NCBI GenBank assembly: GCA_963841435.1
Contig: CAWJCS010000002.1
Coordinates: forward strand, 384,001-448,000
DNA from: an uncultured delta proteobacterium
GTDB taxonomy: Bacteria > Myxococcota_A > Polyangia > Polyangiales > Polyangiaceae
DNA: 64,000 bases
Direction: 5' to 3'
The number at the start of each line of letters is the position of its first letter. The stretch's first letter is position 1. This document shows, in pieces, positions 49,701-58,286 of the stretch. The notes under the pieces are model-generated. The model ran no database searches. It was not told the origin of the DNA and worked only from the letters and a program-made list of their open reading frames with translations. Made by a program: the position numbers and the translations under genes.

Positions 49701-52082
49701 GATGCGAGCGGCCGGGTTGCAGGCATCCTCGCCGCGGCTCGCGACATCACGGCGCAGAAACGCCTGGAAGATCAGCTTCGGGATCAACAGAACTACAACC
49801 GCAGTCTGATCGAGTCGCGCGTTGACGCGCTGATGACGGTTGACCCTCACGGCATCATCACGGACGTGAACGAGCAGACCATCAAGCTCAGCGGCCACAA
49901 CCGCAAGCAGCTCGTCGGGAGCCCGTTCGTGGACTATTTCACCGACGCCGAGCGGGCCCTTTCCGGTGTACGAAAGACGTTCGACGATGGCGTCGTCACC
50001 AACTACGAGCTCGTCGTCCACGCGAAGTCGGGCAAGGAGCTGCCTGTTTCGTTCAACGCTGCGGTGTTCCGAGATGCCGGCGGCGCCGTCGCCGGTATCC
50101 TTGCAGCGGCGCGCGACATCACGCAGCAGAAAGAAATCGAGCACGCGCTCCGGGAGCAGCAGACGTACACGCGCGGCCTCATCGAGTCGAACATCGACGC
50201 GCTGATGACGACGGATACCCTCGGCATCATCACCGACGTCAACAAGCAGATGTGTGCCGTCACGGGACGAACACAGGACGAGCTGATCGGGACGCCGTTC
50301 AAAGGCTATTTCACTGACACGAAGCTCGCAGAGGATGGTATCCGGAAGGTGCTCAGCGAGGATCGCGTCACGAACTACGAGCTGACGATCCAAGGCAAGG
50401 ACGGCAAGCAATCCTTCGTCTCGTACAACGCGACGACCTTCAAGGGAGCGGACGGCAGGCTCAGGGGCGTTTTCGCCGCGGCGCGCGACATCACCGATCA
50501 GAAGCAACTCGAGGAGCAGCTGCGGCGCAAGAACGAAGAGCTCGAGGAGCAGAATCGGCGGGTTCAGAAGGCGAATCGTCTGAAGAGCGAGTTTCTCGCG
50601 AACATGTCGCACGAGCTACGGACACCGCTCAACGGCATCATTGGCTTCGCGGAGCTGATGCACGACGAAAAGGTGGGGCCCGTGTCCGCCGACCACAAGG
50701 AGTACCTCGGCGACATTCTCACGAGCTCGCGCCACCTGCTTCAGCTGATCAACGACGTCCTCGATCTCGCGAAGGTCGAGTCGGGGAAGTTGGAGTTTCG
50801 GCCGGAGCGTGTCGATCTCCGAAAGCTCGTCGGCGAAGTGCGCGACATCGTGCGGACGCTCACGGCCCAAAAGCGGATTCAACTGACCTGCGAGGTCGAT
50901 TCGACACTAGAAGCCGTCATGATCGATCCGGGGAAGCTGAAGCAAGTGCTCTACAACTATCTCTCGAACGCGTTGAAGTTCACGCCCGACGCGGGAACGG
51001 TCGTCGTTCGGGTGCGGCCGGAAGGCGATGCTCGCTTTCGTCTCGAAGTGCAGGACACCGGTATCGGCATTCGCGAGGAGGACTTCAAACGCCTCTTCGT
51101 CGAATTCCAGCAACTCGATGCGAGCGCCGCCAAGAAACACCAAGGGACGGGCCTCGGGCTCGCTCTGACCCGCCGAATCGTCGAGGCGCAGGGTGGCGAA
51201 ATTGGCGTCACCAGCACTCCGGGAAAGGGCAGCACATTCTACGCCATTTTGCCCCGTACCTGTCCGGCCGCAGAACGCCAGCCGAGCGCCGACGAAGTGG
51301 CGGACGCCGCCCCGCGCAAGCCCGGGCAGCAGTCCGTTCTCGTCGTCGAGGACGACGCAAAGGAACGCGCGTGGATCGTCGGCACGTTGACGGCCGCAGG
51401 CTACGCCGTGGAAGCGGCGGCGACGGGCGAGGCTGCGATCCGCGCTGGGCAGGAGCGCTCGTTCGACGCGGTCACCCTCGATTTGCTGCTTCCGGACATG
51501 AGCGGCTGGGACGTGTTGCGAGCGATGCGGGCCGGGCCTCGAAACCGCGACGTCGCGGCGATTGTGCTCACCGTCGTCGCGGAGAAGGGGGCTGGGGTCG
51601 GCTTCATCGTTCGAGACTTCTTGGTCAAGCCGGTTCGAGCCGATGCTCTGCTCCATGCGCTGAAATGCATCCGCGCGGGACCCTCTGGGGAGCGCTCGGT
51701 GCTCATCATCGACGACGATCCGAACGCGGCGAAGCTGGTAGAGCCGGCGCTCCACGAGCACGAATTCCACGTGACGGCGGTCCGCGATGGGGCGAGCGGC
51801 CTGAAGGCCGCAAGGGCCCGCCCTCCATCGGCGGTGGTTCTGGACCTGCTGATGCCCGGTATGGATGGGTTCGAATTCTTGCGTCAGTTTCGGCTCACGG
51901 ATGCCGGATGCAACACGCCCGTCATCGTCTGGACCGTGAAGGAGCTGACGAATGCGGAGCGTGTTCGGCTTCAGGCTTCGGCCCAGGCCATCATCACGAA
52001 GGGGGCGGGCTCCACCGACGTGCTCCTCGCGGCGCTCGAGCTCCACCTCGCGCAGACGATGCGGGGTTCCTATGGCGGGTGA
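46728..52082 (+). CDS. Soluble hybrid histidine kinase: 10 PAS domains, HisKA, HATPase, two receiver domains
   Basis: Ten PAS/PAC units ending in RDxT/S; FLANMSHELRTPLNG; NALKFT, DTGIG, GTGLGL boxes; two REC domains; start uncertain. Confidence 0.95.
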   Translation: MGSVDSTAANGERGTPEMGLAERAAFLNSILESSTEYSIVAKDLDGTIRAWNAGARRLYGYDAADVVGNANAFVLHCPEDVKSGRAQAILDEARVTGKWSGELKRIRKNGEEFTAFVTITLRVDAARKPVGFTMISRDLTEPQRLLRDLRESQEYNRGLIESNIDALMATDPLGVISDVNLQMCEMTGIAREKLVGSPFKQYFTDPKLAEDGIRKVLSDDRVTNYELVMRSQAGTETVVSYNATTFRSADGKLKGVFAAARDITDQKRLESDLRQAQNYTRGLIEASVDALLTVDPELRITDVNDQTARMTGYTREELIGSLFPDYFTDPERATAGVKKTLAEAFVTNYVLGLRSKEGKETLVSFNASIFKDTDGIVRGIFAAARDITEQKRLEEELRQAQNYTRGLIEASIDPMITVNAELTITDVNEQMVRLTEIEKNELIGSRFDAYFTEPQKAVVGVRDTLREGFVKNYELTLETPSGRQVLVSFNASIFKDTQGKVKGIFAVARDVTEQRRLEQELREQQNYSRGLIEASVDALVTVDPQGRITDVNEQLARLTGHNRKKLVGSPFADYFTDPGKAREGVKKTFQDGVLKNHELVVRAKSGSVAPVSLNASVFKDTAGRVAGILAAARDISDQQQLQAKLVEQQAYNRGLVESNIDALMTTDLLGTITDVNKQMCAVTGRERDFLVGTPFKDYFTDSKRAEDGILRVLGEGRVTNYELTLRGADGKETVVSYNATTFAGEDGRLKGVFAAARDITDQKRLEEQLRQAQNYNRGLIESSVDAMLTVDPDDTITDVNEQMVKLSGYSREQLIGTSFKDYFSEPERAAQGVRQTLSEGSVTNYELTLRSQRRRQILVSFNASVFKDTEGEVRGIFAVARDVTDQKRLEEKLRESENYNRGLIESSVDALVTVNPDLTVTDVNEQMVKLTGYSREELVGSPFKDYFTEPARAAAGVRQTFDDGSVTDYELVLKSRAGKQTVVSFYAGTFKDASGRVAGILAAARDITAQKRLEDQLRDQQNYNRSLIESRVDALMTVDPHGIITDVNEQTIKLSGHNRKQLVGSPFVDYFTDAERALSGVRKTFDDGVVTNYELVVHAKSGKELPVSFNAAVFRDAGGAVAGILAAARDITQQKEIEHALREQQTYTRGLIESNIDALMTTDTLGIITDVNKQMCAVTGRTQDELIGTPFKGYFTDTKLAEDGIRKVLSEDRVTNYELTIQGKDGKQSFVSYNATTFKGADGRLRGVFAAARDITDQKQLEEQLRRKNEELEEQNRRVQKANRLKSEFLANMSHELRTPLNGIIGFAELMHDEKVGPVSADHKEYLGDILTSSRHLLQLINDVLDLAKVESGKLEFRPERVDLRKLVGEVRDIVRTLTAQKRIQLTCEVDSTLEAVMIDPGKLKQVLYNYLSNALKFTPDAGTVVVRVRPEGDARFRLEVQDTGIGIREEDFKRLFVEFQQLDASAAKKHQGTGLGLALTRRIVEAQGGEIGVTSTPGKGSTFYAILPRTCPAAERQPSADEVADAAPRKPGQQSVLVVEDDAKERAWIVGTLTAAGYAVEAAATGEAAIRAGQERSFDAVTLDLLLPDMSGWDVLRAMRAGPRNRDVAAIVLTVVAEKGAGVGFIVRDFLVKPVRADALLHALKCIRAGPSGERSVLIIDDDPNAAKLVEPALHEHEFHVTAVRDGASGLKAARARPPSAVVLDLLMPGMDGFEFLRQFRLTDAGCNTPVIVWTVKELTNAERVRLQASAQAIITKGAGSTDVLLAALELHLAQTMRGSYGG

Positions 52083-52467
52083 GGGGATCCTCATCGTCGA
52101 CGACAACGCGGTGAACCTCAAGCTGCTCCGGATCACGCTGACCGTCGCGGGCTACGAAGTACGCACGGCCATCGATGCCGACCAGGCGACTGCCGTTCTC
52201 GCCACGTTTCGCCCGCGCCTGATTCTCATGGACATCCAGCTACCGGGCATGGATGGCCTCGAGCTAACGCGACGGCTCAAGGCAGAGCCCTCGACCTGTG
52301 GCGCCATCGTCCTCGCCGTCACCGCTTACGCGATGAAGGGGGATGAAGAGCGCGCGCTCGCGGCAGGTTGCGATGGATACGTGACGAAGCCCATCGATAC
52401 GCGAACGCTGGCCACCACGGTCGCCCAGCATCTCCAGCAGGACCGCAACCGAAAGGCGTGTCCATGA
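52072..52467 (+). CDS. Single-domain response regulator
   Basis: ILIVDDN, LILMDIQLPGMDG, VTAYAM, GCDGYVTKP. Confidence 0.93.
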   Translation: MAGEGILIVDDNAVNLKLLRITLTVAGYEVRTAIDADQATAVLATFRPRLILMDIQLPGMDGLELTRRLKAEPSTCGAIVLAVTAYAMKGDEERALAAGCDGYVTKPIDTRTLATTVAQHLQQDRNRKACP

Positions 52468-55400
52468 CTGCTCGCGTCGTCCTGGTGATCGAGGACAATC
52501 CGGTCTCGCGGAAGCTCGTGCGCCTGACCCTTGGCAGCGAGGGTTACACGGTCATCGAAGCCACCGAAGGCGTCGAAGCGCTGGCCATGGCCGTGAAAAC
52601 GGTGCCCGATTTGATCCTGCAGGATCTTCTCCTGCCTGACATGGATGGGTTCGAGCTCGTGGACCGTCTGCGCGCGCTGCCCGAGCTCGTCGGCGTCCCA
52701 ATCATCGCCTTCTCCGGTTTCCTCTCCCGCCTGGAATACGGGCGAGCCGCGGCCGCGGGCTTTACCGACTTCGTACCAAAGCCCGTCGAGCCCTCGCACC
52801 TGGTTCAGGTCGTCCGGGCCCACCTGCCCCCTGAACCAGCAATGCCGGCCGAGACCAGGCCAGGGCGGCGCGCTCTCGTCGTGGATGACGACCCGGTACA
52901 ATTGAAGCTCACCAAGCTTCGACTCACGGCCCTGGGATGGGAGGTTGCTACGGCTCGGGACGGCGTAGAGGCACTCGACGTGCTCAAGCTTGGCGGCATA
53001 GGGGTGGTCATTAGCGACGTCCTGATGCCGCATCTGGATGGATTTGGCCTTTCGGTGGCGATTCGACGAGACCCGCGACTCTCGCGCCTACCCATCATTC
53101 TGGTGTCCTCCAATTATGTCGAAGAGGCCGATCGACAGCTCGCACGCACCATGGGAGCGAACGCCTTCGTCGTTCGAACGCCGGACCTTGCGGGCGTGAT
53201 TCAGGCCGCGGATGCCGCCATCGCGACCCCCGTGGATGCCTTGGTCCCCTCCGTTCATCCCGACCCCGGCGAGCATCAGCAGCGAGTCTTGTGTCAGCTC
53301 GATCGGCAGGCCGCGATGAACGCCGCCCTTGCGCACCGCTCCTCGATGCATGCCTCGATGCTCTCGGTCGTCGCCGGCATTTGCGAGACGTTGACGATCC
53401 ATCAATCGGTCGAGCGCGTGTTGCCGGACATTCTTGCGAGCCTGCTCGACGCGAGCGGCGTTTCGAGAGGCGCCCTCTTCGTGAGGGATGGGCGCGTCCT
53501 CGCGCCCGGCGCTCCGGTGCTGGATGGAATCGCGCTGCGGGCTCACGTCGGCTTCGACGCCCCCGCGGCGGACGACCTCACCAGGTTTTTCGCGCACCGC
53601 GAGATCTTTCAGCGCGCCGTCGTCACGAAGTCCCCCATCATCGTGGGTGCAGTAGACGAGGGCTCGGCTGGGCGCGATCTCCTCGCGCGCGCCGGGGTAG
53701 AGTCTGTCTTGCTCGTGCCATTCATCGCGGACCAGGAGTGCTTGGGGATTTTTCTCCTCGCCTCCAAGACGCGTGATCTCACCGAAGGGGACTGGCTCCC
53801 GTTCGGCCGCACCGTGGCGGTCCAGATCGGACAGGCACTTGCCCTGAGCCGCTCGTTCGCCAAGCTCGCGGCTTCCGAGAGCCGCTACCGCCTCCTCGTG
53901 GAGAGTGCCAACGATGGGATCTTCACCCTGGATGCGAAAGGGACCTTCCTCGATCTGAACCCCGCGATGGAGCGTTTCCTCGGACGGCCCAGGTCCGAGG
54001 TCATCGGTGCAACGACCTCGGTATTCGTGGCTCCGGATGACCGCGATCGAGCAAAGCGCGAATCCGAGCTCCTGCAGGAGCGGGGTAGCTTTCAGGCGGA
54101 GGCGCGACGTTTTACTCGGCCAGACGGAAGCGTGGTGTTGGGCGACGTCTCGTCGAACGTCGCGGACCGCGTCAACGGCATCGAGCTGTGCATCCTTCGC
54201 GATGTCACGGAGAAAGACCGAGTAGAACGGGAGACTCGCATGCTCCAAAGCCTCGCTCTGGCGGCGAGTGAGGCGCCCAACGCCTCGTCGGCGTTCGAGG
54301 TCGTCCTTCGGAGCGTCTGCGAGACGAACGGTTGGACGGTCGGGGCCGCCTGGCTTCCGCAACCGGAGAAGGGATTTTTGGAGTGCGCGACGCTCTGGAC
54401 GCGTGAGCCCGCCGCGCGTGCTCGGTTCCAGCCGCTTGGAGAGCGCGCCTTTGCGCTCGGCGAAGGGGTCCTCGGCCGAGCGTGGGCGTCGCGTACGCCG
54501 CTGTGGGTCGCCGACCTTGCCATGGAGGCGGGTTGCGCGCGAAGTGCAACCGCGGCAGCCCTCGGGGTGCATGCCGCTCTCGTCGTCCCCGTGGTCGTCA
54601 AAGACGACGTGATCGCGGTCGTCGAGTTCTTCATGGATCACGTGTGCGTCGAGGAGGAAGGGCTTGCCCGCATCGCGTCGGAAAGCTGCGCGCAACTGGG
54701 GGCAATCATCACGCGCAAGCGCGCCGAGGACGCGCTCCGAGCGAGCGAAGCTCGATTTGCGCGCCTGGCCGACTCGGGGATCATCGGAATTGCCATTGCA
54801 AACGTCCGGGGCAACATCCACGAGGCGAACGCCGCTCTGCTCGCCATGGTCGGATTCACGCGGGAGGAGCTTGCCGCCGGCGCGGTACGGTGGTCGGCCC
54901 TCACGCCCCCCGAGTTCAAGGGCGCGAACGACGCGGCGGTCGACCAGCTCCAGAAACACGGCGTGGCTCCTCCGTACGAAACGGAAATCTTTCGCAGGGA
55001 CGGGAGCCGGCTGTCCATCCTTTGCGGCCTGGCAATGCTGGAATACCCCAACGTCATCGCCACATGGACGGACATCTCGGAGCGCAAGCGCGCGGAGAAC
55101 TTGCTCCTCGCACACGCTCGGGTCGCCGCTCTCGGCGGGGAAGTTGGGATTGCTCTCAACAAGCGCCAGGCGCTTCGCGAAGCCCTCCAGCAATGCTGTG
55201 AATCCGTCGTACTGCGCCTGGATGCAGCGTTCGCGCGCATTTGGACGCTCGATTCCGCGAGGAAGGTCCTGGAGCTACAGGCGAGTGCGGGGATGTACAC
55301 GCATATCGACGGACCCCACGCGCTCGTTCCCGTGGGAAGCTTCGAGATCGGCCGCATCGCGGAATCAGGCGAGCCGCACCACTCGAACAACGTCCTCAAC

Positions 55401-56810
55401 GAGCCTTGGCTGGGGGATTGCGACTGGGCGCGCCGCGAAGGGATGCGGTCCTTCGCGGGCTATCCTCTTCTTGCCGGGGGTCAGGTGGTGGCTGTCATCG
55501 CGATGTTCGGTCGTGAACCGTTGACGGACATCGCGCTCGACGGCTTCTCTTCGATTGCGGACGCAATTGGCCTCCACATCCAGGGCGCGGCCGTCGCGGC
55601 GTCCAACCGGTCGTTGGAGAATCAGCTTCGCCAGGCTCAGAAGATGGAAGCCGTTGGGCGGCTCGCGGGTGGCGTTGCGCACGACTTCAACAATTTGCTC
55701 TCCGTCATCTTGAGCTACAGCGAGATGGTCTCCCGTGAGCTCAAAGCCGGTGACCCCATGCGCGACGACGTGGACGAGATTCGCACGGCCGGAACCCGCG
55801 CCGCGGAGCTCACTCGGCAGCTCCTCACGTTCAGCCGCCAGCAAGTGATTGAGCCGAAGGTACTGGACATCAGAACGGTGCTCAGCAGCATGGAAAAAAT
55901 GCTGCAACGCATTCTCGGCGAAGACGTCGATCTGGTTTCCCGCTCGAACCCAGCACTGTGGCGGGTGAAGATGGATCCGAGCAGTCTCGAGCAGGTCATC
56001 ATGAACCTCGTCGTGAATGCCCGCGACGCCATGCCCACCGGCGGCAAGCTCACGATCGAGGCAAGCAACGTCAACCTCGACGAGACCTTCGTACGGGAGC
56101 ATGTCGGTGCGACGCCCGGGCCTCACGTGATGCTCGCGGTGAGCGACAACGGCATGGGGATGGACAGGGAGACCCAGGCTCACATCTTCGAGCCATTCTT
56201 CACGACGAAGGACAAGGACAAGGGCACGGGGCTAGGGTTGTCAACCGTCTATGGGATCATTCTGCAAAGCGGCGGCATCGTCTCCGTTTACAGCGAGCCC
56301 GGCAGAGGGACGAGCTTCAAGGTGTATCTGCCGCGGGTCAACGGCGTGCTCGACACGGCCCGAGCTCAAGATGCCCACGGGAGCCTGCGTGGAACGGAGA
56401 CGATTTTGCTCGTCGAGGACGAGGACCAGGTTCGGCTCGTCGCCAGCACAATCCTAAGAAAGCAGGGTTACCGGATTTTCGAGGCTCGTCACGCCGGCGA
56501 GGCACTCCTGCTTTGCGAAGGGCAATCTGACGAGATCCACCTTCTGCTCACCGACGTGGTCATGCCGCGCATGAGTGGTCCCGAGCTGGCGAAGCGGCTC
56601 GTGCAGATCCGGCCACGGATGAGGGTACTCTGCATGTCGGGATATACCGACGACAGCATCGTGCGCCACGGCGTCCTGCAAGCCGACATCGCGTATCTTC
56701 AAAAGCCGATCACGCCGCAGACCTTGGCGAAGAAAGTACGGGAGGTGCTGGACGCGCCGCCCGGCGTACAGCGCACCAACGGGGCAGAGCAAGCGAGCAA
56801 GCGTGACTGA
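52464..56810 (+). CDS. Hybrid histidine kinase: REC-REC-GAF-PAS-GAF-PAS-GAF-HisKA-HATPase-REC
   Basis: QKMEAVGRLAGGVAHDFNNLL; NARDAM; FEPFFTTK; GTGLGL; receiver domains at both ends; ATGA overlap. Confidence 0.93.
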   Translation: MTARVVLVIEDNPVSRKLVRLTLGSEGYTVIEATEGVEALAMAVKTVPDLILQDLLLPDMDGFELVDRLRALPELVGVPIIAFSGFLSRLEYGRAAAAGFTDFVPKPVEPSHLVQVVRAHLPPEPAMPAETRPGRRALVVDDDPVQLKLTKLRLTALGWEVATARDGVEALDVLKLGGIGVVISDVLMPHLDGFGLSVAIRRDPRLSRLPIILVSSNYVEEADRQLARTMGANAFVVRTPDLAGVIQAADAAIATPVDALVPSVHPDPGEHQQRVLCQLDRQAAMNAALAHRSSMHASMLSVVAGICETLTIHQSVERVLPDILASLLDASGVSRGALFVRDGRVLAPGAPVLDGIALRAHVGFDAPAADDLTRFFAHREIFQRAVVTKSPIIVGAVDEGSAGRDLLARAGVESVLLVPFIADQECLGIFLLASKTRDLTEGDWLPFGRTVAVQIGQALALSRSFAKLAASESRYRLLVESANDGIFTLDAKGTFLDLNPAMERFLGRPRSEVIGATTSVFVAPDDRDRAKRESELLQERGSFQAEARRFTRPDGSVVLGDVSSNVADRVNGIELCILRDVTEKDRVERETRMLQSLALAASEAPNASSAFEVVLRSVCETNGWTVGAAWLPQPEKGFLECATLWTREPAARARFQPLGERAFALGEGVLGRAWASRTPLWVADLAMEAGCARSATAAALGVHAALVVPVVVKDDVIAVVEFFMDHVCVEEEGLARIASESCAQLGAIITRKRAEDALRASEARFARLADSGIIGIAIANVRGNIHEANAALLAMVGFTREELAAGAVRWSALTPPEFKGANDAAVDQLQKHGVAPPYETEIFRRDGSRLSILCGLAMLEYPNVIATWTDISERKRAENLLLAHARVAALGGEVGIALNKRQALREALQQCCESVVLRLDAAFARIWTLDSARKVLELQASAGMYTHIDGPHALVPVGSFEIGRIAESGEPHHSNNVLNEPWLGDCDWARREGMRSFAGYPLLAGGQVVAVIAMFGREPLTDIALDGFSSIADAIGLHIQGAAVAASNRSLENQLRQAQKMEAVGRLAGGVAHDFNNLLSVILSYSEMVSRELKAGDPMRDDVDEIRTAGTRAAELTRQLLTFSRQQVIEPKVLDIRTVLSSMEKMLQRILGEDVDLVSRSNPALWRVKMDPSSLEQVIMNLVVNARDAMPTGGKLTIEASNVNLDETFVREHVGATPGPHVMLAVSDNGMGMDRETQAHIFEPFFTTKDKDKGTGLGLSTVYGIILQSGGIVSVYSEPGRGTSFKVYLPRVNGVLDTARAQDAHGSLRGTETILLVEDEDQVRLVASTILRKQGYRIFEARHAGEALLLCEGQSDEIHLLLTDVVMPRMSGPELAKRLVQIRPRMRVLCMSGYTDDSIVRHGVLQADIAYLQKPITPQTLAKKVREVLDAPPGVQRTNGAEQASKRD

Positions 56811-56894
56811 CCGCCCGACCGAGCATCGACCCGGTCGCGAGGTGCCGTCCCTGCCCGGGACTGAGGCGTGAGCCGCACCAATTGTAGGCAGCGC

Positions 56895-57353
56895 CTAGCC
56901 GACGTGTGGCACGGCGGCTGCGGTGGCTCCGCCTTGCTGCGCTCGCAGGCTCACCAGTAGCGACTCGACCTCTCGACTCATCGGATGGCCAAGATACGAC
57001 AAGCCCTCGTTGACCTGCTGTAGGCCCAAGACCTTGGTGTTCTTGACGAACCAACCGAACACCTTGGCGATGGGCAGGATTCGCTTGTCCGACAGTAAGA
57101 TCGCCATGCGCAATTTGTCCGAGCTGATCTCGCGCGTGATCAGAGCACGCTGCGAAGCGCTCGGTGCTTTGGGACCGGCCAGAACCAAAACCTCGACGCC
57201 GCCATGCTCGTCCGCGACGGTCTTCACCCAGCGCAAGTAGGCGACCCATTCATCGTCAGCAGGTGGCAGGGTACCCACACTGACGAACACCACCAGGCGC
57301 TCGACATTGCCGTACGCTATGGTTCGGCCTACGACCTGGATGCTCGAGCTCAT
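56895..57353 (-). CDS. STAS/SpoIIAA-like alpha-beta protein
   Basis: PPADDEWVAYL...VLVLAGPKAPSASQR...MAILL...KVFGWF...GLSYLG; AGGAG upstream; paralog of the divergent gene. Confidence 0.7.
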   Translation of the reverse strand: MSSSIQVVGRTIAYGNVERLVVFVSVGTLPPADDEWVAYLRWVKTVADEHGGVEVLVLAGPKAPSASQRALITREISSDKLRMAILLSDKRILPIAKVFGWFVKNTKVLGLQQVNEGLSYLGHPMSREVESLLVSLRAQQGGATAAAVPHVG

Positions 57354-57510
57354 CTCATCTCCTACGGCCACCTGCCGCACCCCAGAATGGCCTTCCCGCG
57401 CCATGCCGCAACGCAAATCGCTCTGAACCCCTATGGCGTGCCGATTTTGTGGCAGCGCACGCTTCCTCCCGGACATCGGAGTCACCCGGGGCTACACTCG
57501 GGTGAGGCTC

Positions 57511-57969
57511 ATGCCCGAAGTGACATCGACGGAGATTCTGGGCGAAACCTTGTCGTGCTGTTACGACGGCGGTTTGGTCATTGTGGCCCACGCCATCAAC
57601 GTTCCACCGTCTGACGTCGAATGGGAGGCGTATGTGAGGTGGGCCGCGGCGCTGTGTCGAGTGCACGGCAAGCTCAAGGTGCTCGTGTTGCCCGGCAACC
57701 ACTCGCCCAGCTCCCGGCAGCGCAGCCTGTACAATAGCGAGATTGGAGCCGACTCAGTCGAGATAGCTGTTCTGATTCGACAACCCGGTATGTTGCCAAT
57801 CATCAAGATTTTTGCCTGGTTCATTCGCAGCATCAAGGCGTTTGGCAGGGACGACCTGCCGGGGGCTCTCGACTACTTGGGTATCACGGCACACCCGGAA
57901 CGCTTGAAACGAATCCGCAGTTTTGCCGCGTCATACTTCGCAGACGAGGAACGCCGGGCGGCGAAGTAG
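57511..57969 (+). CDS. STAS/SpoIIAA-like alpha-beta protein
   Basis: PPSDVEWEAYV...VLVLPGNHSPSSRQR...IAVLI...KIFAWF...ALDYLG. Confidence 0.7.
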   Translation: MPEVTSTEILGETLSCCYDGGLVIVAHAINVPPSDVEWEAYVRWAAALCRVHGKLKVLVLPGNHSPSSRQRSLYNSEIGADSVEIAVLIRQPGMLPIIKIFAWFIRSIKAFGRDDLPGALDYLGITAHPERLKRIRSFAASYFADEERRAAK

Positions 57970-58286
57970 TCCGTACGAGCCCAAGCATGGTGCGCACGCG
58001 CACGAACAAGCCCGCCATCACGGGCGCCAAGATGGCGAGGAACCCGATAGCGTAGAGCAAAAGGGGGGCGTTCGTTTTCAGGTGGAGCTCTGGCGCGCTG
58101 CGGGCGAGCGCCGGTTCGAGTCAACGTGTGGCAAAGGTGCTCGAACGCCTCGGCCCCTGAAACTCTCGCGTGCCCGACACGCAGTCCATCCGCACTGCGC
58201 GATCCGAAGATAGGTTAGCAATTCGTGGTCGCTCACGACAAACCCCGGATATGCCCATGCCGCGACGTTCACGAGAAGGTCACCAG

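Noticed and set aside
57354-57510. Sigma-54-like TGGC motifs here and upstream of the globins
   Set aside because: The GG-N10-GC spacing is not met
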